Origin: an uncultured Gemmatimonadales bacterium
Lineage (GTDB): Bacteria > Gemmatimonadota > Gemmatimonadetes > Gemmatimonadales > GWC2-71-9
Assembly: GCA_963810185.1 (NCBI GenBank)
Contig: CAWEMJ010000005.1
Span: forward strand, 7,931-71,930
DNA: 64,000 nucleotides
Direction: 5' to 3'
Below the pieces are notes generated by a model. That model searched no databases. It saw only the letters and a program-made list of their open reading frames with translations, and was not told the DNA's origin. The position numbers and the translations under genes were made by a program. The stretch's first letter is position 1, and every line of letters begins with the position of its first letter. Below, one piece after another: positions 45,403 through 53,960 of the stretch.

Positions 45403-45879
45403 TCAATTGAGAATGACCGTGAGCGATGATCGTGCCGGTGTAATTGCCGGCGCCGTTGGGTCGGGGCAGGGTTGACCCTGCCGCCGAGAAACGACCGTAC
45501 CGCTGCCCAGCCAGAGGGTGTAGGTGAACGGTGCGTTCGGGTCGAACGTCGGTCTGGCTGCCGATGGATGCCCTGCCGCGAAATACCGGCATCCGTGCTG
45601 GCAAACGAGATCGGCATCGTTGCGCCTGCCGGGCCGTTCATGACCATCGGCAGGGTGAAGCGCACGGTGACGCTTCGAAAGGACCCTGCGCCCGCTGATC
45701 CGAAACTGCCCGCTGTTGGCGGCATTCGGCTTCGAGACCGTCGTCGGGACTCCCGGGATCACGGTTCCAAAGCTCAGGTTCTGCGTGCCGATCACCGCCT
45801 GGGCGTGCAGCGGCCGGCGGTGCGGCAGAACAGCCGCCACGCCGAGGGTCAGTCAAGCGAGCAGGGACAGCAGACGCAT
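45403..45879 (-). pseudogene. Fimbrial subunit B, in-frame TGA at codon 9 plus about 5 frameshifts
   Basis: ATG at 45879: MRLLSLLA*LTLGVAAVLPHRRPLHAQAVIGTQNLSFGTVIPGV...QFRISG | AGSFRSVTVRFTLPMVMNGPAGATMPISFASTDAG | ... | GNYTGTII | LTVILN*. The TGA is at 45853-45855. Confidence 0.6.
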
Positions 45880-45953
45880 AGGGCCCGGAAGGGCGCGCCG
45901 GCGGCGCGGGTTAGCGCCCACACCGCCGGCGCCACCGCCTCACGGTGTCCGGA

Positions 45954-46470
45954 CTAGAGCCCGGTGTACACAACCGCCATGGTGACCGTGCCGTTGTACG
46001 GTGCCGGCGGCCTGGGCCACGGTGGGGGTCACGGTGGCGCCGAGCCACACGAAGACGCGTGCCGGCGCCGCCGAGGTTGGTCGTCACGGGGGCCGCGCTC
46101 GCCGTGAAGGCGGTCTGGCTCGCCTGGGGTGTTGGTGGCGAACTGGCCGCCGAGTCCAGGTGCCGATGGCCATGGTGTTGCCGGCAGGCCGTGTGCAGGG
46201 TGGCCGGCAGCGTGAAGGTCAGGATGACCTGCGCGCCAGCGCTGCCCGGCGATGCGTGAACCGGCCGGCGGTCGGCGGCGGTCGGGGCGATCGTCTTGCA
46301 CAATGCCCGGGAAGACGTTGCCGAAGTCGAGGCGACGCGGCGCCGGTGACGGTCAGCGGGGTCAGGACGGTGGCGGTGGCGGTGATGTTGGCGCTCTGGG
46401 CCTGGGCCACGGAGGCCCCGACGAGGGTGAGCGCCAGCACGGCGAGGGACAACTTCGAGGCGGTGGTCAT
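45954..46470 (-). pseudogene. Fimbrial subunit A, about 5-6 frameshifts
   Basis: ATG at 46470: MTTASKLSLAVLALTLVGASVAQAQSANITATATVLTPLTVTG | LDFGNVFPG | ...GAQVILTFTLPATL... | ...YNGTVTMAVVYTGL* (stop at 45954-45956). Confidence 0.55.
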
Positions 46471-46808
46471 GTCTGCTGGTCCTTTGGTAGAGGGAACTGC
46501 TGTGGGACTGCACACGAAAAGGCTCGGAAATCGCGCCCGACTCCGGGCGCACACATCGACGGACTGGAAGGGCAAGGGGCGTGCCGATATCAGCGCGGGT
46601 GTCATCCGGCGCCCAGTAATATCAAGAATCGTCTGAATCAACGGTGCCAAGTCCGTACAGGACTTGAGGATAGGAAGGTATCACATCTGTCAAAATAGTC
46701 GACATTTGACTCCAAAATGTGACGGCCACAAGGGCATAGCATAACCCGTTACGGCGGAAGCAATTATAACACTTTGCCCCCCCGGAGCGCAATCGCTGGC
46801 ATACGCGC

Positions 46809-46876
46809 GGGCGGGCGGGGCAGCGGGGCAGGGAGGCAGGGGGGCACCGACGGCAGGGCAGCGGGGCAGCGGGGCC
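46809..46876 (+). repeat. Degenerate GGGGCAGC-type G-rich block (plus-strand orientation)
   Basis: GGGCGGGGCAGCGGGGCAGGGAGGCAGGGGGGCACCGACGGCAGGGCAGCGGGGCAGCGGGGCC. Inverted relative to the array at 47029-47158. Confidence 0.85.
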
Positions 46877-47028
46877 GGTGAAATAGCGTCCACCCAGTCG
46901 AGTGCGGAGTGTGCATCAGCCCGGGGAAAGTCGGGGTCCGTGGACTCCCGACCACCGCATTCTGCCAGCCTCATCCAGCCCGATACCTGCAGCCTATTGC
47001 GCGTCTGGGGAAAACGCGCAACCTTCGC

Positions 47029-47158
47029 GCTGCCCCGCTGCCCCGCTGCCCCGCTGCCCCGCTGCCCCGCTGCCCCGCTGCCCCGCTGCCCCGCTGCCCC
47101 GCTGCCCCGCTGCCCCGCTGCCCCGCTGCCCCGCTGCCCCGCTGCCCCGCTGCCCCGC
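47029..47158 (+). repeat. Perfect octamer tandem array, GCTGCCCC x 16
   Basis: Direct read, 130 nt with no variant units. The complement is (GGGGCAGC)16. Confidence 0.97.
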
Positions 47159-47162
47159 CTAC

Positions 47163-47171
47163 TGTTATATT
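47163..47171 (+). promoter_or_regulatory. Extended -10 (TGtTATATT) positioned for a transcript starting at G47178
   Basis: TG at 47163-47164 and TATATT at 47166-47171. The -35 position falls inside the octamer array. Confidence 0.45.
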
Positions 47172-47177
47172 CCCCTC

Positions 47178-47274
47178 GCCCCAGGTCCACAGGTCGCCGG
47201 CGCGTGAACCGCGTCAGGACCTCGCCGGTAGCAGCGCTAAACGATGTCCGGTTTCGCTGTGGGTCGCCTGGGGC
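47178..47274 (+). ncRNA. ffs: Signal recognition particle RNA (small 4.5S type)
   Basis: 97 nt. Terminal helix GCCCCAGG/CCTGGGGC, then CCACAG/CTGTGG and CCGG/CCGG. Conserved domain IV strands ACCGCGUCAGGACC ... GGUAGCAGCGCUAAACGAUG align with E. coli ACCAGGUCAGGUCC GGAA GGAAGCAGCCAAGGCAGAUG. Lies directly upstream of dnaX, as in many bacteria. The apical loop reads UCGCC instead of GNAR. Confidence 0.7.
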
Positions 47275-47315
47275 ACTTCTCTTTCCTCTCCCGTCCTTCC
47301 GCAGGTCGTATCGCC

Positions 47316-48986
47316 ATGGCCATCGCTCTCGCACGCCGGTACCGCCCACGGCGCTTCGCCGACCTCCTGGTGCAGGACCATGTCGCCGCCGCCCTCCGCG
47401 GTGCCATCGCCAGCGGGCGGCTCGGCCACGGCTACCTCCTGACCGGCCCCCGCGGCGTCGGCAAGACCACCGCCGCCCGCATCCTCGCCATGGCGCTCAA
47501 CTGCGAGCGCCGCGAGACCGTCACCCCCGCCGGCGAACCCTGCGGCGAGTGCGAGAACTGCCTCCGCATCTGGAACGGCTCCGCCAATCTCGACGTGATC
47601 GAAATCGACGCCGCCAGCAACCGCGGCGTCGACGACGCCCGCGAGCTCCGCGAGCGCGCCATGTACGCCGCCTCCCAGGAGGGGCACCACAAGGTGTACA
47701 TCGTGGACGAGGCGCACATGCTCACCCGCGAGGCGTGGAACGCGCTCCTCAAGATCCTCGAGGAGCCGCCCCCGGGCGTGGTGTTCGTCTTCGCCACCAC
47801 CGAGCCGGCCAAGATCTTCAATACCGCCGCGCCGGTGCTCTCCCGGCTGCAGCGCTTCGACTTCCGCCGCATCGGGCCCGCCGCCATCCGCACCCGCCTC
47901 ACGCAGGTCCTCGCCGAGGAAAAGCTCGCGGCGGACGACGACGCCCTGACCCTCATCGCGCGGCACGCCGACGGCGGCATGCGCGACGCGCTCTCCGTGC
48001 TCGATCAGTGCCTCTCCTTCGGCGAGGGCGCCGTCACCGCCGAGCGGGTGCGCGAAGTCCTCGGCCTCGTCGGCGATGAGCAGTACGCCGAGGTGCTGCG
48101 GGTGGTCACCGAGCGCGATCCCGCCGGGGTGTTTCCCCTCGTGGCGCGGCTGCTCGACGCCGGCGCCGACCTCGCGGAGTTCCTGAACGGCACCGGCGAG
48201 ATGTTGCGTTCGCTGATGATGCTGCAGGTCGGCGTCGACCCCGAGGAAATCACCGAGTCGCTGCGCGCCGCCCTGGTGGCATACCGCGACCAGCTCACCG
48301 AGGGCGACGTTCTCCGGATGCTCCGGCTCCTCGCCGAGAGCGAAACCGCCGTGCGCCGGAGCGGCAACGCCCGCCTCGCGGTGGAAACCCTGCTGCTCCG
48401 CTGGACCATGATGGACCGGACGGTGGACCTCGCCGCCCTCATCGCCGGCGGGTCGACCGGCCCCGCTGCCCCGCTGCCCACGCCCGCGGCGCGAGCCGCG
48501 CAGGCCCCGCTGCCCCGCCGCGCCGCGAAGGCGGCGCCTGCGGCCCCCGGCCCCGCTGCCTCGCTGCCCCCTCGCGCGTCGGCCGCGCCGGCATCGGCGC
48601 CTGTCGTCGGCCTTGAAGCCGGACCCCTGGCGGCCGCATGGGATACGGTCGTCGAGCGCGGCCGCGCGCAAGGGTCCTTTTTGGGTGCCGCCCTCGCCGT
48701 CTGCAAGCCGGTGCGGATCGACGGCCAGGTGGTGCTGCTCGAACTCACCGAGGAGAATCCGATGTACCGGGAGGCGCTCGATCGGCAGGCCGCCGCCGTC
48801 GAGGAGATCCTCTCGGCGCTCGCCGGGACGCCCGCGCGGATGAAAGTGGCGCCCGCTGCCTCGGCGGCGCGCCCGGAGCGCCTGACCGAGGAAGGCGCCC
48901 GCGCGGAGCGGCTCACCAAGGTGCGGAAGAAGGACCCCTCGCTCGATGTGGCGGCCACCGTGCTCGACCTCGAGGTCCTGGACTAG
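47316..48986 (+). CDS. dnaX: DNA polymerase III subunit gamma/tau
   Basis: ATG at 47316: MAIALARRYRPRRFADLLVQDHV...GYLLTGPRGVGKTT...CGECENC...YIVDEAHML. The ATG at 47244 would overlap ffs. Confidence 0.95.
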   Translation: MAIALARRYRPRRFADLLVQDHVAAALRGAIASGRLGHGYLLTGPRGVGKTTAARILAMALNCERRETVTPAGEPCGECENCLRIWNGSANLDVIEIDAASNRGVDDARELRERAMYAASQEGHHKVYIVDEAHMLTREAWNALLKILEEPPPGVVFVFATTEPAKIFNTAAPVLSRLQRFDFRRIGPAAIRTRLTQVLAEEKLAADDDALTLIARHADGGMRDALSVLDQCLSFGEGAVTAERVREVLGLVGDEQYAEVLRVVTERDPAGVFPLVARLLDAGADLAEFLNGTGEMLRSLMMLQVGVDPEEITESLRAALVAYRDQLTEGDVLRMLRLLAESETAVRRSGNARLAVETLLLRWTMMDRTVDLAALIAGGSTGPAAPLPTPAARAAQAPLPRRAAKAAPAAPGPAASLPPRASAAPASAPVVGLEAGPLAAAWDTVVERGRAQGSFLGAALAVCKPVRIDGQVVLLELTEENPMYREALDRQAAAVEEILSALAGTPARMKVAPAASAARPERLTEEGARAERLTKVRKKDPSLDVAATVLDLEVLD

Positions 48987-49051
48987 GAACGCGGGTTGCC
49001 CTGTTGTGGTAGCACCCGTACTTTGCACTCTGACAGCGACTTAGGTGTGGA

Positions 49052-49360
49052 ATGGCAGATCTTCAGCAGCTCTTTCAGCTGGGCCAGCAGGTGCAGGGCC
49101 GGCTGCAGCAACTTCAAATCGAACTGGCAGGCCGCACCGTGGAGGCCAGCGCCGGTGCCGGTCTGGTGCGCGCCACCGTCGACGGTCAGGGCCGGGTGCG
49201 TTCGGTCGTCATCGATCCCGAGGCCTTCGAGGGTCGCGACGCCGAGCTGCTTTCCGACCTGGTGATGAGTGCCGTCGCCGAGGCGCAACGCCAGGCCGCC
49301 GACTTCGCGCAGGCGGAGATGCGCAAGGTGCAGCCCGGGTCGGCAGGGCCGGGGCTCTAG
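49052..49360 (+). CDS. ybaB: YbaB/EbfC nucleoid-associated protein
   Basis: 102 aa: MADLQQLFQLGQQVQGRLQQLQIELA...VEASAGAGLVRATVDGQGRVRSVVIDPE. Confidence 0.9.
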   Translation: MADLQQLFQLGQQVQGRLQQLQIELAGRTVEASAGAGLVRATVDGQGRVRSVVIDPEAFEGRDAELLSDLVMSAVAEAQRQAADFAQAEMRKVQPGSAGPGL

Positions 49361-49363
49361 GCG

Positions 49364-49957
49364 GTGCGGGCCATCGAGGCGCTGGTCACCGAGTTGGCGC
49401 GCCTGCCCGGCATCGGCCGGAAGACGGCGCAGCGGCTGACCTTTCACCTCCTGCAGCAGGGGCCGGAGGAGTCCACCCGGCTCGCGCGGGCGCTCGACAC
49501 CGTGGCCACCACGGTGCGGGCCTGTGCCGAGTGTGGCTACGTGGCGGAAGAGGAGCGCTGCGAGTTCTGCCGCGACGCCCGCCGTGACGCCGGCCTCATC
49601 TGCGTGGTCGAGGAGGCGGCGTCGGTGCAGGCGGTGGAACGCTCCACCGAGTTCCGCGGCCGCTACCACGTGCTCGGCGGCCGGCTCTCGCCGCTCGATG
49701 GCATCGGACCGGAGGCGCTGCGGATCGACAGCCTGCTGCAGCGGGTGCGGAACGGGGGCGTGCGCGAGGTCATCCTCGCCACCAACCCGTCGATGGAGGG
49801 CGAGGTGACGGCCACCTACCTCCATCAGGTGCTCGCCGGCGAGGGCATCCGGGTCACCCGCCTGGCCCGGGGCCTCCCGATGGGCGGCGACCTGGAGTAC
49901 GTCGACGGGGTCACGCTGGCCCACGCGCTCCTCGCGCGGCAGGACGTGGGCGGATGA
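49364..49957 (+). CDS. recR: Recombination protein RecR
   Basis: LARLPGIGRKTAQRLTFHLL...CAECGYV...CEFC...VVEE..D..A.E....RG.YHVLGG. Confidence 0.95.
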   Translation: MRAIEALVTELARLPGIGRKTAQRLTFHLLQQGPEESTRLARALDTVATTVRACAECGYVAEEERCEFCRDARRDAGLICVVEEAASVQAVERSTEFRGRYHVLGGRLSPLDGIGPEALRIDSLLQRVRNGGVREVILATNPSMEGEVTATYLHQVLAGEGIRVTRLARGLPMGGDLEYVDGVTLAHALLARQDVGG

Positions 49958-50223
49958 GCACTCGCGGGTTGTTGCTGGCCTGCGGCGCTCTCGCCGGCCT
50001 GGCGGTGGGATGGCAGATTGCCCAGCGCCGACTCGACCGGCATCGGGCCGATCTCTTCAGCCCCGTGCCGCGCCGACGCGCCGACGCACTCGCCTACCTG
50101 GCGGGGGAGCGGTCCGCCGAAGCGGCACGCGTGCTCCGCGAGTACCTGGTCTGGGAATCGGAACCCGGCCTCCGGCGGCGCGCCGGGGTGTTGCTCCGGC
50201 GGCTCGAAGTCTCCCTCGGATAG
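49954..50223 (+). CDS. Hypothetical protein with N-terminal TM helix
   Basis: 89-aa ORF overlapping the recR stop. No family recognised. Confidence 0.4.
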   Translation: MSTRGLLLACGALAGLAVGWQIAQRRLDRHRADLFSPVPRRRADALAYLAGERSAEAARVLREYLVWESEPGLRRRAGVLLRRLEVSLG

Positions 50224-50232
50224 GAAGCCCGC

Positions 50233-50723
50233 ATGTCCGGTGCGTCCAGCTGGTCACTCGCAGAGGCCGACCACGACAAGCTCGTGGTCATGCTGAACGC
50301 GTTCCTGCGCGAGTCGAATGCGCGGACCGCCCTGCTGGTCGATCGCACCGGCCAGATGGTGGCGACGGCGGGCGAACCCCCCGAGTTCGACCCGACCACC
50401 TTCGCCTCGCTCGCGGCGGCCGACTTCAGCGCCAACGACCAGCTGGCCCGCCTCATCGGCGAGCCGGAATTCGGCAGCCTGTTCCACCAGGGGAAAACGC
50501 CTCGATGTACCTCGCCGACATTGCGCGGCGGGTCATCCTCGTGGTGTTGTTCGATACCCGCACCACGCTGGGCCTGGTCAAGCTGCGGGTCCGCGGGACG
50601 GTGGGAGACCTCTCGCAGGTCTTCACGGAAATGTTCGCGCGGGACGGCGGCGTGGCGCCGCGGGTCGAGCAGGACTTCCTCGGCGACGCCGAGGACGAGA
50701 TCGACAAACTCTTCGGCGAATAG
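50233..50723 (+). CDS. mglB: MglB (Roadblock/LC7) GTPase-activating protein, one frameshift in GGGGAAAA near 50495
   Basis: [32 protein letters not shown]...[23 protein letters not shown] | [33 protein letters not shown]. Confidence 0.75.
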
Positions 50724-50736
50724 AAGGCACGCGCGC

Positions 50737-51414
<678 letters not shown>

Positions 51415-51426
51415 GAGGAGGGGACG

Positions 51427-52065
51427 ATGTGGAATCTCCCGAACATCGTCACGCTGATCCGGATCTCGATGACGCCGGTCGTGGCACTGCTGCCGTTCAT
51501 CGAGGGCTACTGGCCCAAGTTCATCGCCTTCCTGCTGTTCGTCGCCGTGGCGCTCACCGACATCCTCGACGGGTACCTCGCCCGCAGCCGGAACCAGATC
51601 ACCGACTTCGGCAAGCTCCTCGATCCCCTCGCCGACAAGCTCCTCCTCACCGCCAGCCTCATCCCGATCTACTGGATCACCAAGGAACGGCACGACCTCT
51701 ACGACATTCCCGTCTGGGGCAGCATCCCGCTCTGGGCCTGCCTGCTGATGCTCGGGCGGGAATTCGCCATGACGATCTTCCGCTCGTGGGCCAAGCGCCG
51801 GGGGGTCGTGATCGCCGCCGACAGCGCCGGCAAGCTCAAGGCCGGATTTCAGGCCGTCTTCATCGCCCTCATCTTCCTCTGGTTCGCCTTCCGCGACGCC
51901 CGCCGGCCGCTCGGCCTCGAGTCCAGCCCCTTCTTCCAGTTCTGGAACGAGTTCCATGGCGGCCTGGTGGCCTTTGCCCTCATCGGCGCGGTCGCGCTCA
52001 CCATCTCCTCCTTCCTGAGCTACCTGTACCGCTACCGGGCGCTCTTCACGCAGAACCCGCCGTAA
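51427..52065 (+). CDS. pgsA: CDP-diacylglycerol--glycerol-3-phosphate 3-phosphatidyltransferase
   Basis: NLPNIVTLIRI...LTDILDGYLAR....TDFGKLLDPLADKLL. Confidence 0.9.
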   Translation: MWNLPNIVTLIRISMTPVVALLPFIEGYWPKFIAFLLFVAVALTDILDGYLARSRNQITDFGKLLDPLADKLLLTASLIPIYWITKERHDLYDIPVWGSIPLWACLLMLGREFAMTIFRSWAKRRGVVIAADSAGKLKAGFQAVFIALIFLWFAFRDARRPLGLESSPFFQFWNEFHGGLVAFALIGAVALTISSFLSYLYRYRALFTQNPP

Positions 52066-52079
52066 CCGTCCCGATCCCC

Positions 52080-53324
52080 ATGGATGTCGAACTCGTCACG
52101 GTGGGCACCGAGCTGCTGCTCGGCTTCACCGTGGACACCAACAGCGCCGAGATCGGCCGCGCGCTCGCGGCCAGTGGCGTCCGCGTGGTGCGGCGGACCG
52201 CCGTGTCCGACGATGTCGCCGCCATCCGGGACGCCGTCTCCGCCGCGCTCAAGAGGACCGGTGCGGTCATCACCACCGGCGGGTTGGGACCGACCGCCGA
52301 CGACATCACCAAGTCGGCGGTGGCCGCCCTCTTCGGCGCACGGCTGGTGTTCGATCCGTCCGTCTGGGCCGCGCTCGAGGAACGGTTTGCCCGCTTTGGT
52401 CGGGTGCCCACCGCCAACAACCGGGGGCAGGCGGAAGTGCCGGAGGGAGCCGTCGTGCTGCCGAATCGGTGGGGCACCGCGCCCGGCCTCTGGCTCGAGG
52501 GCGCACCCGGCCTCGTGGTCATGCTGCCCGGCGTGCCGGTCGAGATGCGCAACCTCCTCGCCACCGGTGTCATCCCCCGCCTGGCCGGGCGCGGTCACGG
52601 CGGCGTCATCCGGTCTGTCACGGTGCGGACCACCGCCATCGCCGAGTCCACACTGGCCGAACGGATGGCGGACATCGACGAGCGGATTGCGCCGCTCTCC
52701 CTCGCCTACCTACCCGGCCTCGGCTCGGTGGACCTCCGGGTCACCGCGTGGAATCTCCCCAGTGAGGAGGCCGACCGGCGGCTGGCGGACGCCGCGGCGC
52801 TGCTCGCCGAGCGCGCCGGCGAGCACGCCTACGGCCGGGGCGACGACGATCTGGCGGCGATCGTCCTGGCCGAGCTCCGGCGGCGCCGCCTGACCATCGC
52901 GGTGGCGGAGTCGTGTACCGGGGGGCTGCTCGGCGGCAGGCTGACGGCGGTGCCCGGCAGTTCGAGCCAGTTCCTCGGTGGCGTCATCGCCTACGCCGAT
53001 GAGACGAAGCACCAGCTGTTGGGCGTGCCGATGGGCCTCCTCGCTGCCCATGGGGCTGTGAGCGAGCCCGTAGCGCGCGAAATGGCCATCGGAGCGACCC
53101 GTGCGCTGGGTGCCGAAGTGGCGGTGTCGATCACCGGCATCGCCGGGCCGGAGGGGGGATCCGACGACAAGCCGGTGGGAACGGTCTGGATCGGTTTTGC
53201 CCTGCCGGAGGGGGCGGAAGCGGTGCTCCGAAAGCTGGTGGGCACCCGCGACGAAGTCCGCGGACGGGCGACCCAGGTGGCGCTGTACGAGCTCTGGCGG
53301 CGCCTCCAACTCCTGCCAGAATGA
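52080..53324 (+). CDS. cinA: CinA competence/damage-inducible protein (MoCF-binding plus nicotinamide-nucleotide amidase domains)
   Basis: ATG at 52080: MDVELVTVGTELLLGFTVDTNSAEIG...ITTGGLGPTADDITK...AVAESCTGGLLG.... Confidence 0.9.
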   Translation: MDVELVTVGTELLLGFTVDTNSAEIGRALAASGVRVVRRTAVSDDVAAIRDAVSAALKRTGAVITTGGLGPTADDITKSAVAALFGARLVFDPSVWAALEERFARFGRVPTANNRGQAEVPEGAVVLPNRWGTAPGLWLEGAPGLVVMLPGVPVEMRNLLATGVIPRLAGRGHGGVIRSVTVRTTAIAESTLAERMADIDERIAPLSLAYLPGLGSVDLRVTAWNLPSEEADRRLADAAALLAERAGEHAYGRGDDDLAAIVLAELRRRRLTIAVAESCTGGLLGGRLTAVPGSSSQFLGGVIAYADETKHQLLGVPMGLLAAHGAVSEPVAREMAIGATRALGAEVAVSITGIAGPEGGSDDKPVGTVWIGFALPEGAEAVLRKLVGTRDEVRGRATQVALYELWRRLQLLPE

Positions 53325-53363
53325 CCCATCCCCGAGGCATATGGGTTGCTATTAGTTTCCTTC

Positions 53364-53960
53364 ATGCGCAAACCACGCGACCCCCGACCGACTGACAGCG
53401 AACCGGCCTCCGACGACGTACTTGAGGCCACCAATTCCGCCGATCACGTGGTCGATGGCGACCCCGTGGGTGCCGTCCCGCTGGAGCTCCCCGACGCCGC
53501 CATCCAACGCCTCGAAGCCGACAACGATGCGCTCAAGGACCGGTATGCGCGGCTCGCCGCGGAGTACGACAATTTCCGGAAGCGGAGCCTCAAGGAGCGC
53601 GAGGAGCTGACCGCGCGCACGCAAGGCGCATTCGCGGGCCGCCTGCTCGACGAACTCGACGACATGGAGCGGCTCCTGGCCGGCGATCGGGCCACCATGA
53701 CGGCGGATTCGCTCTATGAGGGGATGGAGCTGCTGGCCCGGAAGCTTTGGAAGGAGCTCGAGTCCGCCGGGCTCGAGCGGATCGACCCCGCGGGGCTCCC
53801 GTTCGATCCGGCACTGCACGAAGCCGTGGCCACCACGCCGCCGGCCACTCCCGAGCAGGACCACACCGTCTGCCGCACCTTCCAGGCGGGCTACCGGTTC
53901 AAGGGAGCCCTCCTTCGGCCCGCCCGGGTGCAGGTCTACGCCGATCCGGGGCAGGCCTAG
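53364..53960 (+). CDS. grpE: Nucleotide exchange factor GrpE
   Basis: ATG at 53364: LKDRYARLAAEYDNFRKRS.KERE...LLDELDDMERL...FDPALHEAV......V....QAGYRFKGALLRPARV. Confidence 0.9.
   Translation: MRKPRDPRPTDSEPASDDVLEATNSADHVVDGDPVGAVPLELPDAAIQRLEADNDALKDRYARLAAEYDNFRKRSLKEREELTARTQGAFAGRLLDELDDMERLLAGDRATMTADSLYEGMELLARKLWKELESAGLERIDPAGLPFDPALHEAVATTPPATPEQDHTVCRTFQAGYRFKGALLRPARVQVYADPGQA

Noticed and set aside
46880-47028. First candidate for the SRP RNA or another structured RNA in the unique segment between the two octamer blocks (hairpin GTCGGGGTCC-GT-GGACTCCCGAC).
   Set aside because: It lacks the GUCAGG / AGCAGC domain IV strands. The proper ffs fold is at 47178-47274. The segment may still be structured, but I cannot assign it.
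47029-47158. The tandem arrays (47029-47158 and 30137-30206) as CRISPR.
   Set aside because: The units are 8 and 7 nt with no spacers, and there are no cas genes. They are microsatellite-like arrays.
47244-47315. The upstream ATG at 47244 as the dnaX start.
   Set aside because: The extension (MSGFAVGRLGHFSFLSRPSAGRIA) overlaps the SRP RNA 3' half and has no DnaX similarity. The conserved N-terminus begins at 47316.
47316-48986. A programmed frameshift or slippery site in dnaX producing gamma.
   Set aside because: I found no A AAA AAG-type heptamer or long A-run in the gene.
53325-53363. A CIRCE/HrcA operator upstream of grpE-dnaJ.
   Set aside because: No TTAGCACTC-N9-GAGTGCTAA-like inverted repeat is present. 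Only a weak CCCAT...ATGGG pairing was seen.
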